Assembly (NCBI RefSeq): GCF_006345805.1
Contig: NW_021833324.1
Coordinates: 1-27,596, forward strand
Reading direction: 5' to 3'
Length of the DNA: 27,596 bases
Source: Octopus sinensis
Taxonomy: Eukaryota
A program made the position numbers and the translations under genes. This document shows, one piece after another, positions 1-10,859 of the stretch (the first letter of the stretch is position 1; each line of letters begins with the position of its first letter). The notes under the pieces were generated by a model. That model was not told where the DNA came from and made no database searches. It worked only from the letters and a program-made list of their open reading frames with translations.

Positions 1-218
1 TTTGTCTTCTGGGTGTTTAGCTCGTTGTGGGTAATAAAGAAATAGGTACGTTCTCTGCCGCTACTGTCTGAGTTCAAATTCCGCCGAGGTCGACTTTGCC
101 TTTCATCCTTCGGGGTCGATAAATTAACATATACACAAAGACAGACAGACACACACACACACACACGCACATACATACATACACACATACATAGAAACAT
201 ACATACATACATACATAC

Positions 219-249
<31 letters not shown>

Positions 250-834
250 CATAAGTCAGAGAGAGAGTGCCGCTACATTGTTGCTCAGTATCCTAGAAAT
301 AGCAACCAAATCACCCTGTGATTACCTAACCCTTGTACTTAGATAATAGTTGTGATTATCCCAGTCGTATTACCTGCTCATTTACGGCTGTCAGAGTTAG
401 ACAATAATTCATTTGCTACACAGCTAATCGAGTGAACTAATGTTAAAAATCTTAACCAAGAATAAAAATTACAACCATTGTTGGACTTATTTTATCGTAC
501 TTTCGTTAGCTTTGGCTGCTATTTCTAGCATATGGATAGCCTTCTTGACGGCCTGATCGATTTGCTCGACTAAAGGCGGTGCTCCAGCATGGCCACTTCC
601 AAATGACTGAAACAAGTAAAATAAAATAACATATATATATATACATAAACATATATATATATATTATATATATATATATATATATACATAAACATATACA
701 GATATATATATACTCAGGTAAATTGTAATTGAAGAAATCCTATATTGTAGATTTCTATAACTGACAAAGAGAGGCAGATAAAATCTACCTTTTATAATAA
801 GAGATAAATATATACATATATATATATACATATA

Positions 835-1180
835 TACGACAGGCTTCTTTCAGTTTCCGTCTACAAAATCCACTCACAAGGCATTGGTCGGCCCGGGGCT
901 ATAGCAGAAGACACTTGCCCAAGATGCCACGCAGTGGGACTTAACCCGGAGCCATGTGGCTGGTTAGCAAGCTACTTACCACACAGCCACCCCTAAGTCT
1001 ATATACATATATACGACAGGTTTCTTTCAGTTTCCGTCTACTAAATCCACTCACAAGGCATTGGTCGACCCGGGGCTATAGCAGAAGACACTTGCCCAAG
1101 ATGCCACGCAGTGGGACTGAACCCGGAGCCAAGTGGTTGGTTAGCAAGCCACTTACCACACAGCCACTCCTGCGCCTATA
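835..1180 (-). mobile_element. Two tandem 5' halves of SINE family A (local ~177-bp duplication)
   Basis: Near-identical copies at 835-990 and 1012-1180 sharing private variants (ggcattgg, ccggagcc); head at 1157-1180. Confidence 0.85.
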
Positions 1181-1261
1181 TGTATATATATATCCATATA
1201 TATATATACGTAAACATATACATATATATACATAAACATATACATATATATATATATATAT

Positions 1262-1532
1262 ATGTTTTGATTTTCCTTGTTTCAGTCATCTGACTGTGGC
1301 CATGCTGGAGCACCGCCTTTAGTCGAGCAAATCGATCCCAAGACTTATTCTTTTCAATCCTAGCGTTTCTTACCAAGCGGCTAATTGACGGGGATGTAAA
1401 CACCCCAGCATCGGTTGTCAAGCGATGTTGAAGGGGGACAAACAGACACACACACTCACACACACACATATATGTATACATTTATATACGATGGGCTTCT
1501 TTCAGTTTCCATCTACAAAATCTATTCATAAA
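1262..1532 (-). mobile_element. 3' half of SINE family A
   Basis: Reverse complement of the 18140-18400 part of the full copy. Confidence 0.8.
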
Positions 1533-1879
1533 TACACACACACACACACACACACACACATATGTGTGCTTTCCTTTCTGTGTCTGCGTGCGCGCGTTTC
1601 CAGTTCATTGCTTGTGCGTGTGCGTGTGTGTGTGCGCTCTAGTGTGTGCGGGTGTGTGTGCGTGTGAGTGTGTAACTGCGTATTTTCATTTTTGTGTGTG
1701 TGTGTGTGTGGTGTTTGTCTGTATGTATGTGTGCGTGTGTGAGTGTGAGTGTGCGTGTGTATTTTCGTTTCTGTGTGTGAGTGTTTGAGTGTGTAACTGT
1801 GCATTTTCAATTTTGTGTGTGTATGCTTGTGGGCGTTTGTGTGTGTGTCGTTACGCACGCACTGGTGTCGAAAGGCACA

Positions 1880-2323
1880 AACGCACACATACACACACAC
1901 AATTGAAAATACAGTCACACACGCACACACCTTTTCCCTGTGTTGCTTAGCAACGGGTAATAATAGAGAAGAATAGTTTTATATTGAGAGGGAGAGAGAA
2001 ACTTATATGTTGTATAGTGAGTTAAATACAGACAGACAGACAGACAGAGAGAGAGGGGTAGACAGAGAGAGAGAAGAAGGCCTTAAGTACTGATGAAATT
2101 AAATGGCGTGAGTGGGGTGGGTCAGCAAAAGATACAGAAAATTCAGGTATCCTGTCAACAGAAACTTTGCATTTCCAATTCTGTCTCAGATACAATCTAA
2201 CTTTACAATGGCAAACGAAATGAAATGTATATTTCAAGTCAGCGATAATCGGAAGATTTTAAAAATACACGCAGACAACACACACACACACACACACACG
2301 CACACACACACACACACACGCAC

Positions 2324-2367
<44 letters not shown>

Positions 2368-2800
2368 TTGAAAATACAGTCACACACGCACACACCTTTT
2401 CCCTGAGTTGCTTAGCAACGGGTAATAATAGAGAAAAATAGTTTTATATTGAGAGAGAGAGAAACTCATATGTTAGATAGTGAGTTAAATACAGACAGAG
2501 AGAGAGCGTAAAAGACAGAGAGAGAGAGAGACAGACAGACAGAGAGAAGAAGATCTTAAGTAACTTTCTGATGAGATTAAATGGAGTCGTTCAGTTTGTC
2601 TGCAAAAGATACAATCGAACGCTACAGTAGCTAAACCTCTTTCGCTTCATTTTTCGGTTACAAAACCAAATGTCTATTTCATATGTCACCAAAAATCGGA
2701 AGATTTTAAATATACACGCAGACAAATACACACACAGACACACACACGCACGCGCACACACACACCACAGCACACGCACACGCACACACACACAAACACA
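1880..2800. repeat. Diverged ~470-bp tandem duplication with CA microsatellites
   Basis: tgaaaatacagtcacacacgcacacaccttttccctg at ~1903 and ~2369; aatcggaagattttaaa at ~2247 and ~2694. Confidence 0.8.
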
Positions 2801-2832
2801 CACACACATACATACATACATACATACATACA

Positions 2833-2863
<31 letters not shown>

Positions 2864-2869
2864 GTATAT

Positions 2870-3068
2870 ATATTTCAAAATAGAAAATTACCCTTTAACA
2901 GGCAATTTTTACATGCTAGAAATAGCAGCAAAGATTGCTACGATCCATTATTTTCTGGCAAATTTTGAAGTACATGAAAAATAAAGACCTTTATTTTTTT
3001 ATATATGTATATATATATACATCTACATATATATATATATACACACACACACATATGTATAGATATAT

Positions 3069-3130
<62 letters not shown>

Positions 3131-3713
3131 CATAAATATATAAATATATATATAAATATATATATATATATATGTACATATATAGGCGCAGGAGTGGCTG
3201 TGTGGTAAGTAGCTTGTCTACCAACCACATGGTTGCGGGTTCAGTCCCACTGCGTGTGTATTTGTGTGTCTGTGTTTGTCCCCTAGCATTGCTTGACAAC
3301 CGATGCTGGTGTGCTTATGTCCCCGATCGGCAAGAGAGACCGATAGAATAAGTCCTGGGATTGCAAAAGAATAAGTCCCGGGGTCGAGTTGTTCGACTAA
3401 TGGCGGTGCTCCAGCATGGCCGCAGTCAAATGACTGAAACAAGTAAAAGAAAAGAATAAAAGAATATATATATGTACCAGTTTCGCACTTGGGTCGATGT
3501 AATCGACTTAATCCCTTTGTCTGTCCTTGTTTGTCCCCTCTATGTTTAGCCCCTTGTGGGTAGTAAATATATAGATATATAGATATTTCAAAATAGAAAA
3601 TTACGCTTTAACAGGTAATCTCTACATGCTAGAAGTAGCAACAAAATCTTGGCACGATCCATTATTTTCTGGCAAATTTTGAAGTCCATGAAAAATAAAA
3701 ATCTTTATCTTGT

Positions 3714-3720
<7 letters not shown>
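2870..3720. repeat. ~130-bp direct repeat (2873-3000 and 3585-3712)
   Basis: tatttcaaaatagaaaattac...gatccattattttctggcaaattttgaagt occurs twice, ~712 bp apart. Confidence 0.8.
3183..3462 (+). mobile_element. SINE family A with internal deletion of the central region
   Basis: Head runs to ...cccactgcgtg and joins directly to the GT-rich/3' tail part. Confidence 0.85.
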
Positions 3721-3780
<60 letters not shown>

Positions 3781-3793
3781 TACATATATATAT

Positions 3794-3826
<33 letters not shown>

Positions 3827-3839
3827 ATATGTATATGTA

Positions 3840-4038
3840 GGTCTCGGGTTGATCCGGGGTTAACCACAGTAAGTAAGGTACTCAATACATAGCAGAGTAA
3901 AATTAATTTATTATATAGAAGGAGCTTCTACAGGACTAGTACTGTTTCATTCAAGAGAAATCTTCAGGAAGGCTTCCTGAAGATTTCTCTTGAATGAAAC
4001 AGTACTAGTCCTGTAGAAGCTCCTTCTATATAATAAAT
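3840..4038. mobile_element. Probable Penelope-like retroelement end in inverted (fold-back) arrangement; perfect 66-bp arms 3906-3971 / 3973-4038
   Basis: Arms checked as perfect reverse complements around G3972. The left arm extends ~65 bp further and contains the hammerhead motif. PLE assignment is inference. Confidence 0.6.
3968..4026 (+). ncRNA. Type I hammerhead ribozyme motif, Penelope-like-element type; mirror copy on the minus strand at ~3918-3976
   Basis: Stem I GCUUC(3972-76)/GAAGC(4016-20); core CUGAAGA 3977-83; stem II UUC/GAA with UCUU loop (U-U at the base); GAAA 3996-99; stem III ACAG/CUGU with palindromic ACUAGU loop; GUA cleavage triplet 4013-15. Confidence 0.7.
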
Positions 4039-4060
4039 ATATATATGTATATATATATAT

Positions 4061-4545
4061 GTACCAGTTACGCACTGGAGTCGATATAATCGCCGTATGT
4101 CTGTCCTTGTTTGTCCCCTCTGTGTTTAGCCTCTTGTGAGTAGTAAAGAAATAGGTATTTTGTCTGCCGCTACGCTCTGTGTTCAAATTCCCCCGAGGTC
4201 GACCTTGCTTTTCATTCTTTCGGGGTCGATTAAATAAGTACCAGTTACGCACTGCGGTCAATATAATCGACTTAATACTTATGTCTGTCGTTGCTTGTCT
4301 TCTCGGTGTTTAACCCCTTGCGGGTAGTAAAGGAATTGGTATGTTGTCTGCCACTACGGTCTGAGTTCAAATTCCGCCGAGGTCGACTTTGACTTCCATC
4401 CTTCGGGGTCGATAAATTAAGTACCGGTTACTACGCACTGGGGTCATTATAATCGATTTAATCCGTTTGTCTGTCCTTGTTTTTCCCCCCTGTGTTTAGC
4501 CCCTTGTGGGTAGTAAAGAAATAGGTATTTCGTCTGCCGCTACAC
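4061..4545 (+). repeat. Tandem ~180-bp head-less SINE family B units
   Basis: gtacc(a/g)gtta at 4061, 4238 and 4421; each unit has a B-box and lacks the A-box. Confidence 0.85.
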
Positions 4546-4556
4546 TACACACACGC

Positions 4557-4658
<102 letters not shown>

Positions 4659-5052
4659 GTACGGTGTTTAGACCATTGTGGGTAATAAAGAAATAGGTAC
4701 GTTGTGTGCCGCTACGGTCTGAGTTCAAATTCCGCCGAGGTCGACTTTGCGTTTCATCCTTCGGGGTCGATAAATTAACATATACACAAAGACAGACAGA
4801 CACACACACACACGCACATACATACATACATACATAGAAACATACATACATACATACATACATACTTACATACATACATAAGTTTGAGAGAGAGTGCCGC
4901 TACATTGTTGCTCAGTATCCTAGAAATAGCAACCAAATCACCCTGTCATTACCTAACCCTTGTACATAGATGATAGTTGTGATTATCCCAGTCGTATTAC
5001 CTGCTCATTTACGGCTGTCAGAGTTAGACAATAATTAATTTACTACACAGCT

Positions 5053-5945
5053 GTAATCGATGTAATCGACTTAATCCCTTTGTCTGTCCTTGTTTGTCCC
5101 CTCTGTGTGTAGCCCCTTGTGGGTAGTAAAGAAATAGGTATTTCGTCTGCTATTACGTTCTGAGTTCAAGTTCCACCGAGGTCGACTTTGCCGTTCATCA
5201 TTTCAGGGTCGATAAATAAAGTACCAGTTTCGCACTGGAGTCAATGTAATCGACTTAATCCATTTGTCTGTCCTTGTTTGTCCCCTCTGTGTTTAGCCAC
5301 TTGTGGGTAGTAAAGAAATAGGTATTTCGTCTGTCGTTACGTTCTGAGTTCAAATTCCGCCGAGGTCGACTTTACCTTTCATCATTTCAGGGTCGATAAT
5401 TTGGGTACCAGTTACGCACTGGGGTCGATGTAATCGACTTAATCCGTTTGTCTGTCCCCTCTGTGTTTAGCCCCTTGTGGGTAGTAAAGAAATAGGTATA
5501 TTACGTCTGCGGTTACGTCCTGAGTTCAAATTCCGCCGAGGTCGACTTTGCCTTTCATCATTTCAGGGTCGATAAATAAAGTACCAGTTACGCACTGGGG
5601 TCGATATAATCGCCTTAATCAGTATGTCTGTCATTGTTTGTCCCCTGTGCGTTTAGCCCCTTGTGGGTAGTTAAGAAATAGGTATTTTGTTTGCCGCTCC
5701 GCTCTGAGTTCAAATTCCGCCGAGGTCGGCCTTGCTTTTCATTCGTTCGGGGTCGATTATATAAGTACCAGTTACGCACTGGGGTCAATATAATCGACTT
5801 AATACCTTTGTCTGTCTTTGTTTGTCTTCTGGGTGTTTAGCTCATTGTGGGTAATAAAGAAATAGGTACGTTCTCTGCCGCTACTGTCTGAGTTCAAATT
5901 CCGCCGAGGTCGACTTTGCCTTTCATCCTTCGGGGTCGATAAATT
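5053..5945 (+). repeat. Tandem ~180-bp head-less SINE family B units, about 5 copies
   Basis: gtaccagtt at 5221, 5405, 5581 and 5765 (spacing 176-184 bp). Confidence 0.9.
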
Positions 5946-6034
5946 AACATATACACAAAGACAGACAGACACACACACACACGCACATACATACATACAC
6001 ACATACATAGAAACATACATACATACATACATAC

Positions 6035-6065
<31 letters not shown>

Positions 6066-6443
6066 CATAAGTCAGAGAGAGAGTGCCGCTACATTGTTGC
6101 TCAGTATCCTAGAAATAGCAACCAAATCACCCTGCGATTACCTAACCCTTGTACTTAGATAATAGTTGTGATTATCCCAGTCGTATTACCTGCTCATTTA
6201 CGGCTGTCAGAGTTAGACAATAATTCATTTGCTACAAAGCTAATCGAGTGAACTAATGTTAAAAATCTTAACCAAGAATAAAAATTACAACCATTGTTGG
6301 ACTTATTTTATCGTACATTCGTTAGCTTTGGCTGCTATTTCTAGCATATGGATAGCCTACTTGACGGCCTGATCGATTTGCTCGACTAAAGCCGGTGCTC
6401 CAGCATGGCCACTTCCAAATGACTGAAACAAGTAAAATAAAAT

Positions 6444-6455
<12 letters not shown>
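5821..6455. repeat. Local segmental duplication of 1-640; third partial copy at ~4670-5052
   Basis: Base-level match including non-SINE sequence (gtgccgctacattgttgctcagtatcctagaaatagcaacc...). Confidence 0.9.
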
Positions 6456-6485
<30 letters not shown>

Positions 6486-6486
6486 C

Positions 6487-6525
<39 letters not shown>

Positions 6526-6544
6526 TAAAAGAACATATATATAT

Positions 6545-6787
6545 ATGTTTTTATTCACCTTGTTTCAGTCATTTGACTGTGGCCATGCTGGAGCACCGCC
6601 TTTAGTCGAGCAAATCGATCCCAATACTTATTCTTATGAAGCCTAGAGGTTCGTGCCAAGCGGCTAATTGACGGGGATGTAAACACCTCCAGCGTCGGTT
6701 GTCAAGCGATGTTCGGGGGGAGGGACAAACAGACACACACACATATATATATATATATTTATTTATATACGACGGGCTTATTTCAGT
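6545..6787 (-). mobile_element. 3' part of SINE family A, cut off by the CpG-rich block
   Basis: Matches the SINE up to gacgggcttatttcagt at 6787; shares an internal deletion with the 1262-1532 copy. Confidence 0.8.
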
Positions 6788-6959
6788 CGAAAAATAACAA
6801 GTTAAATGATTTTATTTTTCACGTAAAATCGAAATTGCTAATATCGAAATTACGACCGCTACATTACGAACAAAACTACAGGGACGTCGTGGTTTCTTTA
6901 ATCGTAAAGAAAACAAAAAGTGCCACCGTGGGGCCGCCAGCTACGCCTTTGGCCCGCGT

Positions 6960-7280
6960 GCTCGTATAGCAAAACGTAAACATCCGGTGAATTTATGCTT
7001 CAAGTTACGGTACGAAGCAATGTCAACAAAACTCTAGCGTGGTGGCTATCGGGAAGATAATACAAAGTTTCGCATACGATCACCGCGTCACGCCGCGTTG
7101 TCGTATATCAAAACGTAAACATCCGGTAAATTTATGCTTCAAGTTACGGTACGAAGCAATGTCAACAAAACTCTAGCGTGGTGGCTATCGGGAAGATAAT
7201 ACAAAGTTTCGCATACGATCACCGCCTCACGCCGCGTTGTCGTATATCAAAACGTAAACATTCGGTAAATTTATCCTTCA
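6960..7280. repeat. 139-bp tandem repeat, ~2.3 copies
   Basis: aaaacgtaaacat(c/t)cgg recurs at 6971, 7110 and 7249; the first two units are nearly identical. Confidence 0.9.
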
Positions 7281-7797
7281 CCTTACGATATGCACCGGGA
7301 AAATACACATACGTGGACTGACCCGTAATTAAAAAAAATCAGACCCGTAAGCTTACGGATCGGCCCACGCTGGATAGTCACGCTCTAGGTGACCGTCGCA
7401 CGCCGGTCGCCTGCGTCTCCGCCGCCGTACTGTGCGTGAAATCGAAAGCACGAAACTAAACGCGCGATATCGTCCGTACGTATAAAAACAGCGACGTGGT
7501 CCGACCCGTAAGTCGTAGGAGGTGCTCAGACCGCAAGGAAACGGATCGGCCCCGGCTGGATAGTCACGCTCTAGGTGACCGTCGCACCCCAAGGGGGCCC
7601 AGACTATATTAGGGGATGAACATCAGGCAAAAATTAGCCAGCCGGCAAGATTCGTATTCTCAGTTAATTTCTGGACGCCTTGCTATACTGTTCCCAGTTC
7701 GATATCGTCCTACAACGGTTTGCTTTGCCAAAAATTGTCCGCACTTGCCCGCGTACGTTAGCTTTTCGCGGTGGTTCGCTCCTTCTCTCGCGTTCGT

Positions 7798-10172
7798 GAG
7801 TTCGATATCAGCCAGGACGTCGCGGCCCGTAGCTTTGCGTTTTTATTTATTTATTTTATTGTTCGTTCGTTCGGTAGCGTTGCTGTGATGTTATGTTGGT
7901 AAAGTAAACGTCACGAGTTCGATATCAGGCAGGGCCTCGCGGCCCGAAGCGCAACATTTTTTTTTTTTTGCTCGCTCGTTCGGTAGCGTTGCTGTGTTCA
8001 GTGATGTTATGTTGGGAAAGTAAACGTCACGAGTTCGATATCCGGCAGGTCCTCGCGGCCCGAAGCGTAATATTATTTTTTTTTTTGTTCGCTCGTTCGG
8101 TAGCGTTGCGGTGTTCAGTGATGTTATGTTGGTAAAGTAAACGTCACGAGTTCGATATCAGTCAGGGCCTCGCGGCCCGAAGCGTGATATTTTTTTTTTT
8201 TTTCGCTCGTTCGGTAGCGTTGCGTTGTTCAGTGATGTTATGTTGGTAAAGTAAACGTCACGAGTTCGATATCAGGCAGGGCCTCGCGGCCCGAAGCGTA
8301 ATTCTTTTTTTTTTTTGTTCGCTCGTTCGGTAGCGTTGCGTTGTTCAGTGATGTTATGTTGGTAAAGTAAACGTCACGAGTTCGATATTAGGCAGGGCCT
8401 CGCGGCCCGAAGCGTGAAATTTTTTTTTTTTTTAGTTCGCTCGTTCGGTAGCGTTGCGGTGTTTAGTGATGTTTTGTTGGTAAAGTAAACGTCACGAGTT
8501 CGATATTAGGCAGGGCCTCGCGGCCCGAAGCGTGAAGTTTTTTTTTTTTAGTTCGCTCGTTCGGTAGCGTTGCGGTGTTTAGTGATGTTTTGTTGGTAAA
8601 GTAAACGTCACGAGTTCGATATCAGGCAGGACCTCGCGGCCCGAAGCGTAACATTTTTTTTTTTTGCTCGCTCGTTCGGTAGCGTTGCTGTGTTCAGTGA
8701 TGTTATGTTGGTAAAGTAAACGTCACGAGTTCGATATCAGGCAGGTCCTCGCGGCTCGAAGCGTAATATTATATTTTTTTTTTTGTTCGCTCGTTCGGTA
8801 GCGTTGCTGTGTTCAGTGATGTTATGTTGGTAAAGTAAACGTCACGAGTTCGATATCAGCCAGGGCCTCGCGGCCCGAGGCGTAAAACTTTTTTTTTTTG
8901 TTCGCTCGTTCGGTAGCGTTGCGTTGTTCAGTGATGTTATGTTGGTAAAGTAAACGTCACGAGTTCGATATCAGGCAGGGCCTCGCGGCCCGAAGCGTAG
9001 AGTTTTTTTTTTTTTTTTTGTTCGCTCGTTCCGTAGCGTTGCGTTGTTCAGTGATGTTTTGTTGGTAAAGTAAACGTCACGAGTTCGATATCAGGCAGGG
9101 CCTCGCGGCCCGAAGCGTTATATTATTATTTTTTTTTGTTCGCTCGTTCGGTAGCGTTGCTGTGTTCAGTGATGTTATGTTGGTAAAGTAAACGTCGCGT
9201 GTTCGATATTAGGCAGGGCCTCGCGGCCCGAAGCGCAAGATTTTTTTTTTTTTTTGTTCGCTCGTTCGGTAGCGTTGCTGTGTTCAGTGATGTTATGTTG
9301 GTAAAGTAAACGTCACGAGTTCGATATCAGGCAGGTCCTCGCGGCCCGAAGCGTAATATTATTTTTTTTTTTTGTTCGCTCGTTCGGTAGCGTTGCTGTG
9401 TTCAGTGATGTTATGTTGGTAAAGTAAACGTCACGAGTTCGATATCAGGCAGGGCCTCGCGGCCCGAAGCGTGAAATTTTTTTTTTTTAGTTCGCTCGTT
9501 CGGTAGCGTTGCTGTGTTCAGTGATGTTTTGTTGGTAAAGTAAACGTCACGAGTTCGATATCAGGCAGGGCCTCGCGGCCCGAAGCGTAAAATTTTTTTT
9601 TTTTTTGTTCGCTCGTTCGGTAGAATTGCGTTGTTCAGTGATGTTTTGTTGGTAAAGTAAACGTCACGAGTTCGATATCAGGCAGGGCCTCGCGGCCCGA
9701 AGCGTAATATTATTATTTTTTTTTGTTCGCTCGTTCGGTAGCGTTGCTGTGTTCAGTGATGTTATGTTGGTAAAGTAAACGTCGCGTGTTCGATATCAGG
9801 CAGGGCCTCGCGGCCCGAAGCGCAAGATTTTTTTTTTTTGTTCGCTCGTTCGGTAGCGTTGCTGTGTTCAGTGATGTTTTGTTGGTAAAGTAAACGTCAC
9901 GAGTTCGATATCAGCCAGGGCCTCGCGGCCCGAAGCGTAAAACTTTTTTTTTTGTTCGCTCGTTCGGTAGCGTTGCTGTGTTCAGTGATGTTTATGTTGG
10001 TAAAGTAGCTTTCGCGAGTTTCATATCAGCCAGGGCCTCGCGGTCCGAAGCGTAAGATTTCTTTCTTATTTTTGTTCGCTCGTTCGGTAGCGTTGCTGTG
10101 TTCAATGATGTTATGTTGGTAAAGTAGCCTTCGCGAGTTCGATATATGAGCCAGGGCCTCGCGGCACGTAGC
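7798..10172. repeat. ~117-bp tandem array, 20 full units plus a partial unit
   Basis: Unit starts (gagttcgata) at about 7798, 7915, 8031, 8148, 8262 ... 10016, 10135. Each unit has GGGCC-TCGC-GGCCC followed by a variable T-tract. Confidence 0.97.
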
Positions 10173-10309
10173 GTTAAGTGATTGTCATACGACGCTGGTT
10201 TTCCAAACGTCCCTAAACCGGTCGGTGGTCCTCTAGCGGCGGCGTTGCCAATAACTGAAAAATGCAGCGGCGACTATGACCGACGCATGAGTATATGTGT
10301 CCGTGTGAT

Positions 10310-10790
10310 ATGGACGAGGCACGAATCGGCAACTCCTGGGGTGAGTTCTCGGTATCGAGCACGACTGGGGCCGGCGTGTCGGCGGACGAATCCCAAAGCA
10401 CGACAAAAGCCCAGCCAAACGGCGGCGGGAGAATCTCGGAGAAAGATCGCAGTGCTTAAGTAGCAGGTGATTTAGGTCGGTCGATAAGTCAAACTTATAG
10501 TCGACGTGAAGCACGAGAGTGTGTTTGTGTAATATCGGCGATGCACGAATCGGCAACTCCTGGGGTGAGTTCTCGGTATCGAGCACGACTGTGGCCGGCG
10601 TGTCGGCGGACGAATCCCAAAGCAAGACAAAGCCCAGCCAAACGGCGGCGGGAGAATCTCGGAGAAAGATCGTAGTGCTTAAGTAGCAGGTGATTTAGGT
10701 CGGTCGATAAGCCAAACTTATAGTCGACGTGAAGCACGAGAGTGTCAGTATGTGATCGACGAGGCAGGAAGCGGCGATTTCTGAGGTGAG
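10310..10790. repeat. ~224-bp direct duplication (2 copies plus a partial third)
   Basis: cacgaatcggcaactcctggggtgagttctcggtatcgagcacg at 10320 and 10544; gtgagttctcggtatcgag again at 10786 and 12301. Confidence 0.9.
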
Positions 10791-10859
10791 TTCTCGGTAT
10801 CGAGCACGAGTGGGGCCGCTGTGCCGGCGGACAACACCGGACTTTCTCGAAACTAATGG

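Noticed and set aside
7798-10172. CRISPR-like repeat-spacer appearance
   Set aside because: The repeat is ~97 bp, the spacers are related low-complexity T-tracts, there are no cas genes and the context is eukaryotic.
7798-10172. 5S rRNA or tRNA tandem genes (unit ~120 bp plus oligo-T)
   Set aside because: No similarity to 5S beyond a few bases; GTTCGATAT lacks the B-box C61 and the A-like box is too close for a cloverleaf.
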